A stretch of DNA of 60,528 nucleotides from a bacterium (GTDB lineage: Bacteria > Sysuimicrobiota > Sysuimicrobiia > Sysuimicrobiales > Humicultoraceae): the NCBI GenBank assembly GCA_041497675.1, contig JBGQGY010000007.1:1-60528 (forward strand), in the 5' to 3' direction. A program made the position numbers and the translations under genes. Shown piece after piece: positions 20,695 through 27,588 of this stretch; the stretch's first letter is position 1; every line of letters begins with the position of its first letter. A model generated the notes under the pieces. That model was not told where the DNA came from. It searched no databases and saw nothing but the letters and a program-made list of their open reading frames with translations.

Positions 20695-22020
20695 GTGATC
20701 TGGAACCCCGCGGCGGAAACGATGCCGCGCGCCGACCTCCAGCGGCTGCAACTGGAGCGGCTGCAACAGGTGGCCGGGCGGGTCTACACGCGCGTGCCGT
20801 GGTACCGGCAGCGGTTCGACGGGGCGAAGGTGCGGCCCGAACAGATTCGGTCGCTGGCCGAGCTCCCACGGCTGCCGTTTACGACGAAGCGCGATTTTCG
20901 AGATCACTATCCCTTCGGCTTGTTCGCCTCCCCCCTGCCGGAGGTTGTGCGACTCCACGCCAGCTCGGGTACGACCGGGAAACCGACCGTCGTCGGCTAT
21001 ACGCGCAACGATATCGCCACCTGGGCAGAAGTGTGCGCGCGTTGTCTGGCCGCGGCCGGCGCCAGACCCGGCGACGTCTTCCAAAATGCCTACGGCTACG
21101 GGCTCTTTACCGGCGGGCTGGGCATGCACTACGGCGCCGAATTGTTGGGGATGACCGTCGTCCCGATCTCGGGTGGCAACACTGAGCGCCAGCTGATGCT
21201 CCTGGAGGATTTCGGCGTGCGGGTGCTGGCATGCACACCGTCCTATGCGCTGACGCTGGCCGAGGCACTCGCCGCGCGTGGCATTGCGCCGGGCCAACTT
21301 GCCCTGCGGTGCGGGGTGATGGGCGCGGAGCCGTGGACCGAGAACATGCGCCGGCAGATCGAAACGCAGATGGGGATCGACGCCGTCAACATCTACGGTC
21401 TGAGCGAGGTCATCGGGCCGGGCGTGAGCATCGAGTGCGTCGACGCTAAGGCCGGCAGCCACATCTTCGAAGATCACTTCCTCGCCGAGATCGTCGACCC
21501 GCGGACCGGTGAGGTGCTCCCGCCCGGGCGTGTCGGCGAGCTGGTGCTGACCACGCTGACGAAGGAAGCGGTCCCGGTCATCCGCTACCGGACCGGTGAC
21601 ATCGCATCGCTGACCGTTGACCCCTGCGTGTGCGGCAGGACGCACGCACGGATGAGCGCGGTGCTGGGCCGCACCGACGATATGCTGATCATCCGAGGCG
21701 TCAACGTCTATCCCTCTCAAGTTGAGACCGCGCTGTTGGGGATCGCTGAACTCTCCCCGCACTATCAGCTTGTCGTGCGGCGCCCGCGCACGCTCGACGA
21801 GCTCGAGGTGAAGATCGAAATGAGCGAGCCATTTGCGCGCGAGACCGGACCGATCGACGCGGGTAACCCGCGCATCGGGGTGCTGGCCGGACGGTGCGCG
21901 GAGGTCCTCCGATCGGCGCTTGGGCTCAGCGCGCAGGTGACCCTGACCGCTCCCGGCAGCCTCCCGCGGAGCGAGGGCGGCAAGCTCCGCCGCGTGCGAG
22001 ACGAACGCACGCTCACGTGA
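20695..22020 (+). CDS. paaK: Phenylacetate-CoA ligase
   Basis: HASSGTTGKPT, YGYGLFTGGLG, YGLSEVIGPGV, RYRTGD, GRTDDMLIIRGVNV. GTG at 20695 after SD GGGAGG. Confidence 0.92.
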   Translation: MIWNPAAETMPRADLQRLQLERLQQVAGRVYTRVPWYRQRFDGAKVRPEQIRSLAELPRLPFTTKRDFRDHYPFGLFASPLPEVVRLHASSGTTGKPTVVGYTRNDIATWAEVCARCLAAAGARPGDVFQNAYGYGLFTGGLGMHYGAELLGMTVVPISGGNTERQLMLLEDFGVRVLACTPSYALTLAEALAARGIAPGQLALRCGVMGAEPWTENMRRQIETQMGIDAVNIYGLSEVIGPGVSIECVDAKAGSHIFEDHFLAEIVDPRTGEVLPPGRVGELVLTTLTKEAVPVIRYRTGDIASLTVDPCVCGRTHARMSAVLGRTDDMLIIRGVNVYPSQVETALLGIAELSPHYQLVVRRPRTLDELEVKIEMSEPFARETGPIDAGNPRIGVLAGRCAEVLRSALGLSAQVTLTAPGSLPRSEGGKLRRVRDERTLT

Positions 22021-22451
22021 CGCCGGTGCGGACGGGGTTGCGGCAGGGCGCCGAAGCCGAGGTGACGATCACCGTCACGGGTGACATGGTGGCGCGGTTC
22101 GAGGAACTGGGGCTGGTGCACCCGGTCTATTCGACCTGGTTCATGGTCAAGCACGTGGAGCTCGCTGCGCGCAAAGTGATCCTGCCATTTCTCGAACCCG
22201 ACGAAGAAGCGGTCGGGCACGCCGTGAGCGTGACGCACCTGGCGCCCACGCCGGTCGGCGCCACGGTGACCGCGCGGGCCCGCGTGTCGAGGATCGACGG
22301 CAACCAGATCGTCTGCGCGGTTGAGGCGTACAGCGGCGGAGTCAAGATCGGCGAAGGCACCACGGTGCAGGTCGTGCTCCCCGCGGCGGTGTTGCGCGAG
22401 CGGTTCCGCGCGATCGGCGCCGATTCGGCCGGTGACGAACTCGGGCAGTGA
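22017..22451 (+). CDS. Hotdog-fold thioesterase (fluoroacetyl-CoA thioesterase FlK-like)
   Basis: HPVYST.F...VE.AA, VG..VSVTHLAPTPVG..V. GTGA overlap with paaK. Confidence 0.8.
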   Translation: MTPVRTGLRQGAEAEVTITVTGDMVARFEELGLVHPVYSTWFMVKHVELAARKVILPFLEPDEEAVGHAVSVTHLAPTPVGATVTARARVSRIDGNQIVCAVEAYSGGVKIGEGTTVQVVLPAAVLRERFRAIGADSAGDELGQ

Positions 22452-22544
22452 GCGGTCGCCGACGAATCTGGATGCGCTCGGTCCCCCTGTTCTGTGTCGC
22501 CGGGTCGGGGGGAGACACGAACCGCATGAGAGAAGGGAGCCGGT

Positions 22545-22628
22545 GTGAACCTTCGAGGGCACGAGGCGACGCTGCGTGAGGTGATGGCGTCATACGGCCT
22601 GCTTACACCGGCCCCGGCGTCACGATGA
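22545..22628 (+). CDS. 27-aa ORF (MNLRGHEATLREVMASYGLLTPAPASR), translationally coupled to the next gene; possible gene remnant
   Basis: SD AAGGGAG upstream of GTG 22545. Stop overlaps the next start (ATGA). Confidence 0.3.
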   Translation: MNLRGHEATLREVMASYGLLTPAPASR

Positions 22629-23380
22629 GGCGGGTGCGGTTCATCGCCGACGGGCGCGTGCACAGCGGTCGACACGACGGTGACGTGCTCATCGACGAGC
22701 AGGGCCGCGCGCACGGTGTCGGGGCCGTCACCTGGTTGCCGCCGGTTGCGCCGAGCAAGATCATCGGGTTCGCGCTGACGTACCGTGATCACGCGGCCGA
22801 ACTGGCCGTCGACATACCCTCGGATCCCGCGATTTTCTTGAAACCACCGAGCAGTCTGGTAGGCCATCTTGCACCGGTGGTGTATCCGCGCGGGGCGGAA
22901 TACCTGCACTACGAGGCAGAGCTCGCCGTGGTGATCGGCCGGCGGTGCCGGCGCGTGCGGCCCGAACACGCGCCCGACGTCGTCCGCGGCTACACGGTGG
23001 CGAACGACGTCACCGTGCGCGACTTCGTCAAGAACTTCTTTCGACCACCCGTGAAGGCGAAAGGGTGGGACACGTTCTGCCCGATCGGCCCCGCGGTGGT
23101 CGAAGGCGAGATCACCGATCCGCACCGGCTGGCGCTGCGCGCCTCAGTGAACGGCGTGGTCCGCCAGCAGGGGACGACGGCCGATCTGAGTCCCACCATC
23201 TGGGAGCAGATCGCCTTTGTCAGCGAGTTCATGACCCTCGAGCCCGACGACGTGATCCTGACGGGGACGCCGAAGGGGATCTCCCACGTGCGCCCCGGCG
23301 ATCGCATGCGGGTCGAGGTGGAGGGCGTGGGGGCGCTGGAGAACCCCGTCGTCGCCGACCTTATAGGGGGTCCCGGTTGA
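22625..23380 (+). CDS. Fumarylacetoacetate hydrolase family protein (HpaG-like decarboxylase/isomerase)
   Basis: HYEAELAVVIG, GYTVANDVT.RD, KGWDTFCPIGP, TLEP.DVILTGTP. Located in hpa context. Confidence 0.88.
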   Translation: MRRVRFIADGRVHSGRHDGDVLIDEQGRAHGVGAVTWLPPVAPSKIIGFALTYRDHAAELAVDIPSDPAIFLKPPSSLVGHLAPVVYPRGAEYLHYEAELAVVIGRRCRRVRPEHAPDVVRGYTVANDVTVRDFVKNFFRPPVKAKGWDTFCPIGPAVVEGEITDPHRLALRASVNGVVRQQGTTADLSPTIWEQIAFVSEFMTLEPDDVILTGTPKGISHVRPGDRMRVEVEGVGALENPVVADLIGGPG

Positions 23381-24846
23381 TGGGCGCCCGAACCGGCAGC
23401 CAGTACGTCGAGGGCGTGCGGGCCAGGCCGCGCGATCTGTGGATCGCCGGCGAGCAGGTCACCGATCCCGTCACGCATCCCGCTTTCCGAAACGTCATCC
23501 GCAGCGTCGCCGCGCTCTACGACATGCAGCACGATCCCGCCCGGCGCGATGAGATGACCTGCATTTCGCCATCAAGCGGCGAACGTGTGGGCATGTCGTT
23601 TCTGACGCCGCGCAGCCACGATGATCTGGTACGCGTGCGACGCATGATGAAACGGTGGGCCGACTATTCCGGTGGCATGATGGGCCGCTCGCCTGACTAC
23701 CTGAACCGCGCGTTGATGGCCTGCGCCGCGGCCGCCGACTACATGACCGCCAACGATCCGCGGTTCGGTGAGAACATCAGGCGGTATTACGAGCACGTGC
23801 GCGAGCACGATCTCTGCTTGACGCACACGTTGATCAACCCGCAATCCAACCGATCGGTCGGGCCGTCGGCGCAGGCCGACCCGTATCTCGCAGCGGGCAT
23901 CGTCCGCGAGACGTCTGATGGGATCGTGATCCGCGGGGCGCGGATGCTGGCCACGCTGCCGGTCAGCGATGAGATCATGGCGTTTCCTTCAACGGTGCTC
24001 CGCGGCGGCCCCGAGGACGCCCCATATGCGTTTGCGGTCGCCATCCCGTGCTCGACGGCCGGGCTCCGCTTCATCTGCCGGGAGCCCTTCGATGACGGCC
24101 GCGGGCCGGTCGATCATCCGCTGGCCGCGCGGTTCGAGGAGATGGACGCCGTTGTTATCTTCGACGACGTGCTGGTGCCCTGGGACCGGGTCTTCCTGCT
24201 GCGCGACGTCGAACGGTGCAGCCGCGTCTTTGCCGAGACGCGCGCCGTCGTGCACATGGCGCATCAGGTGGTCACCAAGAACGTCGCGAAGACCGAGTTT
24301 GTGTTGGGCGTCGTCAGCCTGATAGTCGAGACAATCGCCATCGAGGAATTCCAGCACGTCCAGGAGAAAGTGGCCGAAGTCATCCAGTACCTCGAGATGA
24401 TGCGCGCGTTCCTGCGCACCGCGGAGGCCGATGCGTCCATTGACCGGTGGGGGATGATGACACCGGCCTGGCCGCCCCTGGATGCCGCCCGCAACGTGTT
24501 CACGCGCGCGTACCCTCGGATGATGGAGATCGTCCATCAATTGGGAGCCAGCGGTCTGATGGCCATTCCCCTGCAGGCGGACATCGAAGGCCCGCAGGGG
24601 CCGACGATCCAGAAGTACTATCAGGCGGCGCGTGCGGGCGCCCGCGATCGCATCAGGCTCTTCCGGCTGGCATGGGACATGGCGCTGTCGGCGTTCGGCG
24701 GTCGTCAGGCGCTGTATGAACGCTTCTTCTTTGGCGACCCGGTGCGCATGGCCGGCGCGATGTTTGCGAGTTACGATCGGACGCCGTACATGGACCGCGT
24801 GCGGGCGTTTCTCGCCCGCGCCGACCACGAAAGCGACGGCGACTGA
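23380..24846 (+). CDS. hpaB: 4-hydroxyphenylacetate 3-monooxygenase, oxygenase component
   Basis: MGARTG.QY, MMGRSPDY, HTLINPQ.NR, RFEEMDA, RQ.LYERFFFGDP. TGATG coupling with the upstream gene. Confidence 0.92.
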   Translation: MGARTGSQYVEGVRARPRDLWIAGEQVTDPVTHPAFRNVIRSVAALYDMQHDPARRDEMTCISPSSGERVGMSFLTPRSHDDLVRVRRMMKRWADYSGGMMGRSPDYLNRALMACAAAADYMTANDPRFGENIRRYYEHVREHDLCLTHTLINPQSNRSVGPSAQADPYLAAGIVRETSDGIVIRGARMLATLPVSDEIMAFPSTVLRGGPEDAPYAFAVAIPCSTAGLRFICREPFDDGRGPVDHPLAARFEEMDAVVIFDDVLVPWDRVFLLRDVERCSRVFAETRAVVHMAHQVVTKNVAKTEFVLGVVSLIVETIAIEEFQHVQEKVAEVIQYLEMMRAFLRTAEADASIDRWGMMTPAWPPLDAARNVFTRAYPRMMEIVHQLGASGLMAIPLQADIEGPQGPTIQKYYQAARAGARDRIRLFRLAWDMALSAFGGRQALYERFFFGDPVRMAGAMFASYDRTPYMDRVRAFLARADHESDGD

Positions 24847-25445
24847 TGCCGAACGGACCCGATCCCAAGACCTTTCGACACACCATGGGCCTCTTCGCCA
24901 CCGGGGTGACGGTCGTATCGATCCGTGAGGGCGGCGAGGTCCTTGGGATGACCGCCAACTCGGTCACGTCAGTGTCGCTGGAGCCGCTGTTGGTGCTGGT
25001 GAGCGTCGATTTGCGGGCCAGGATCGCGCCGCACATGACGATGGGCCGGTTCTTCGCGATCAACTTCCTGCGGGACGACCAGGAAGTGCTGTCACGCTAC
25101 TATGCCGGCGGGTGGCGCGATCATCCACAACCTGAGCACCGCTTCGAGCCCTGGAACGGGACCCCGCGGCTGGTCGGCGCGCTCGCCGCGGTACGGTGTC
25201 AGGTGTATCGAGTCGATGAGGGCGGCGACCACCACATCGTCGTCGGTCGGGTGCTCGAGCTAGGGGAGGGCCCGGCTCCGTGGAACCCGCTGTTGTTCTT
25301 CGCCGGTCGGTACAGACGCCTGGCCCCACTGGACGCGGTCGCCGCACCCCCCGAGCGGTTAGGGCCGGACGGCATCTCGATCTACTATGAAGAGTGGGGC
25401 AGTGCCGATCGGCGTCCTGCTCAAGCCTCCGACCCGCCCGCATAG
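24846..25445 (+). CDS. hpaC: Flavin reductase (HpaC-like reductase component)
   Basis: FR..MG.FATGVTVV, GMTANS.TSVSL.P, GGDH.I..G.V, PLLFF.GRY. Directly follows hpaB. Confidence 0.85.
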   Translation: MPNGPDPKTFRHTMGLFATGVTVVSIREGGEVLGMTANSVTSVSLEPLLVLVSVDLRARIAPHMTMGRFFAINFLRDDQEVLSRYYAGGWRDHPQPEHRFEPWNGTPRLVGALAAVRCQVYRVDEGGDHHIVVGRVLELGEGPAPWNPLLFFAGRYRRLAPLDAVAAPPERLGPDGISIYYEEWGSADRRPAQASDPPA

Positions 25446-25490
25446 TCTCACCTAGGTCCTCGGCGCCCGTACAGACGTCCCCGCAAGGCC

Positions 25491-25520
25491 GAACCCCGCC
25501 GGTCTGGCACGGCGGGGTTC
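25491..25520. terminator. GC-rich hairpin, probable terminator between hpaC and the convergent small ORF
   Basis: Perfect 11-bp stem GAACCCCGCCG / CGGCGGGGTTC with 8-nt loop. No strong U-tract. Confidence 0.6.
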
Positions 25521-25525
25521 TCAAG

Positions 25526-25633
25526 CTACGAAGGGTCGGGGATGGGACCGGAACGACGTCCTCCGGCACCGTCGGCCCGGAGGGGACACCCCCGACCCGA
25601 ACTTTGGCTATTTGCCCTTCGCTTCTGGTCCAT
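25526..25633 (-). CDS. Putative 35-aa small protein (MDQKRRANSQSSGRGCPLRADGAGGRRSGPIPDPS), divergent from the pro-peptide gene
   Basis: Strong SD GAGGAG 9 nt before ATG. TAG followed within 5 nt by the 25491-25520 hairpin. Confidence 0.4.
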   Translation of the reverse strand: MDQKRRANSQSSGRGCPLRADGAGGRRSGPIPDPS

Positions 25634-25662
25634 TTGCGGGGTCTCCTCTGCCCGATAGCCTA

Positions 25663-25761
25663 GAATATCCGGGTTCTGGGATATTCACTGTATGAGGGTC
25701 CGGGGGCTTCACTGTAGATGAAGTTTTTGGGATCTGCGGCAGGAACTTCATCTCCTGCCGC
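25663..25761. promoter_or_regulatory. Divergent control region with inverted and direct repeats (candidate operators)
   Basis: GAATATCC-N8-GGATATTC (25663-25686); TTCACTGTA twice (25684, 25708); AGATGAAGTT-N18-AACTTCATCT (25716-25753); GCGGCAGGA-N8-TCCTGCCGC (25736-25761). Locally AT-richer. Confidence 0.55.
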
Positions 25762-25849
25762 CGAAACCGATAGACATCCCAGATTGCAGTCTCCCTGGTG
25801 CCCGCGAGAGACCTGTCAGACGACGAACGGACACTGAGGGGGGACTGAG

Positions 25850-25996
25850 ATGAAGAAGTTGTTTGCCGTTGTGCTATTGGGTTTGATGCTTGGGGTCGTG
25901 GCTGCCTGGGGTCAGATCGATCCGACCCGCACCGCCGGTGACGGGAACATCGAGGTCATCGCAGGCGACGGGAACATCGAAGTGATCGGCGGCTAG
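25850..25996 (+). CDS. 48-aa secreted signalling pro-peptide MKKLFAVVLLGLMLGVVAAWG-QIDPTRT-AGDGNIEVI-AGDGNIEVI-GG
   Basis: SD GAGGGGG, classical Sec signal peptide (MKK + hydrophobic core + A-W-G), tandem 9-aa repeat with only synonymous differences. Lies 51 nt upstream of an XRE-TPR gene. Confidence 0.88.
   Translation: MKKLFAVVLLGLMLGVVAAWGQIDPTRTAGDGNIEVIAGDGNIEVIGG
25934..25987 (+). repeat. 2 x 27-bp tandem repeat encoding AGDGNIEVI
   Basis: GCCGGTGACGGGAACATCGAGGTCATC / GCAGGCGACGGGAACATCGAAGTGATC: 4 mismatches, all third-position synonymous. Confidence 0.95.
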
Positions 25997-26047
25997 CCCG
26001 CCGCGCACCGCAGCACTAGGCAAGGCCCTACGCCGGGAGGGAACGCC

Positions 26048-27337
26048 GTGACGCTTGGTGAGAAGATTCGCCAGGCCAGGAAGCAGCGCGGGATCACGCA
26101 GCGGGCGCTCGCCGGCGGTGACCTCTCGGAGAGTTTCATCAGTATGCTCGAACACGACAAGGTCAGGCCGTCACTCGACACCATGCGGGTGCTGGCGGGG
26201 CGCCTCTGTGTGCCCCTGAGTGAACTGCTCGACGCCGCTCCACCCCCGCAGAAGCAGGTGATCGTCAAACTCAAGCTCGCAAGTACGCTGCTCCACCAGC
26301 ACCGTTTCACCGACGCGCTCGAGGCGTTCCAAGATGCGGAGCGCGCCGCGCCTGATGCCACGATGGAGACGGCCTTTCGGATCCACACGGGCATGGGGCA
26401 GGCCTTGACCGGGCTCCAACAGTACGACCTGGCGCTTGACCGCCTGGAGCGCGGGCGAGCGCTGGCAGATACACTCGGGCGGCCGGATTTGGTTGCGCGT
26501 GTGGCGAGTGCCACCGGGTTTCTCCGCCTCCGGCAGCGCGACTTTCCGGCCGCCCGGGAAGAGTTTCATCACGGCCTGACCGCGATCAGGTCGGTAGCGC
26601 CCGTCGACACCGAGTTCGAGGGCGGACTGCTGACCAACCTGGGCCGGACCTATACAGACCTTGGTCTGCCGGTCCAGGCCCTAGAGTGTTTCCGGGCCGC
26701 TCTCGAGCGACTCGAGGGCGTCGGCGACCTCACCGCGCTCGGCGCGCTGCATTTTAACCTTGGCGTGACCTACGAGCGTCAGCGCGCGTTCGACCTCGCC
26801 CGGCGGCATTTGGAAAAAGCGGCGGCGCTCTTCGAGGCCCAAGAGAACCTCAAACTGCTCGGGACGGTCAAGCGCAGCTTGGGGATCTTGCTGATCGACC
26901 GCGGCCACGCCGCCGAAGCTGCGGAGGTGTTGAAGCAAAGCTTGGAAGTCGCCACCCGCACGGCGGACGACATCGGTCGCGCGCAGACCCTCACCGAACT
27001 GGCCCGCGCCGCGTTGGCCCTCGGCGACCTCGCGACCGCCCGGGCCGGCGCTGATGAAGCGATTCGTTTGGCCGTGAGAGTGCAAGACCCGCTCGAAGCG
27101 GCGCGCGCCGAATCGGTCATGGCGGCCGTCTGCCACCGCGAAGGCCGGTTCGACGAGGCCACCCACCGGTATGCCTATGCCCTGGAGCAATACGAGACGC
27201 TGAATGCCGCCGCTGATGTCGCCCGCGTGAGCCGCGACTACGCCTTCTTACTCATGGAACGAGGAGAGGAGGTCCGAGCCGCCCGCCATTTCGCCCGCGC
27301 GTTCCGCGCGCAGGAAGCCGCAGGCGTCGCTCGATGA
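26048..27337 (+). CDS. XRE-HTH + TPR transcriptional regulator (RRNPP/NprR-PlcR-like peptide receptor)
   Basis: LGEKIRQARKQRGITQRALAG.DLSESFISMLE.DKVRPS HTH, followed by about 8 TPR-like helical pairs including LLTNLGRTY and LHFNLGVTY. SD GGGAGG. Confidence 0.85.
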   Translation: MTLGEKIRQARKQRGITQRALAGGDLSESFISMLEHDKVRPSLDTMRVLAGRLCVPLSELLDAAPPPQKQVIVKLKLASTLLHQHRFTDALEAFQDAERAAPDATMETAFRIHTGMGQALTGLQQYDLALDRLERGRALADTLGRPDLVARVASATGFLRLRQRDFPAAREEFHHGLTAIRSVAPVDTEFEGGLLTNLGRTYTDLGLPVQALECFRAALERLEGVGDLTALGALHFNLGVTYERQRAFDLARRHLEKAAALFEAQENLKLLGTVKRSLGILLIDRGHAAEAAEVLKQSLEVATRTADDIGRAQTLTELARAALALGDLATARAGADEAIRLAVRVQDPLEAARAESVMAAVCHREGRFDEATHRYAYALEQYETLNAAADVARVSRDYAFLLMERGEEVRAARHFARAFRAQEAAGVAR

Positions 27338-27588
27338 CGCCGATGCCGACGTCGCGCTCAGGGGAACTGCGCGGCGAGACACGCGTGCCGCGTCATACGC
27401 TGAGACCGCTCAGTCCGTTGGAGCGAGAGATCATTCTCCTGGCCGAGCAGGGAATGTCGGTGCGGGAGATCGCCTACCATCTGTCGATCGATACTTGTCT
27501 GGTCAGAGACCGTCTTCGTACGATCCTCGGACCGCCGGCAAACCACCGGCGGAGCGCGCGACCGGGTCGAGAGAGCCTAGCTGTCTAG
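27334..27588 (+). CDS. Small solo LuxR/sigma-region-4-like HTH protein
   Basis: LSPLEREIILLAEQGMSVREIAYHLSI...VRDRL..I. ATGA overlap with the receptor stop codon. Confidence 0.65.
   Translation: MTPMPTSRSGELRGETRVPRHTLRPLSPLEREIILLAEQGMSVREIAYHLSIDTCLVRDRLRTILGPPANHRRSARPGRESLAV

Noticed and set aside
25934..25987. Tandem repeat as a mini-CRISPR or VNTR
   Set aside because: Only two abutting units with no spacer, no cas genes, and codon-position-specific divergence.
25850..25996. Pro-peptide as a RiPP/bacteriocin precursor with repeated cores
   Set aside because: It has a Sec-type signal rather than a RiPP leader, and no modifying enzyme, peptidase-ABC exporter or immunity gene is adjacent; the neighbour is an HTH-TPR regulator. 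Not fully excluded.
25874..26155. Minus-strand 93-aa ORF containing a DVPV repeat
   Set aside because: Shadow of the pro-peptide and receptor. The repeat is perfectly conserved at protein level only in the plus-strand frame.
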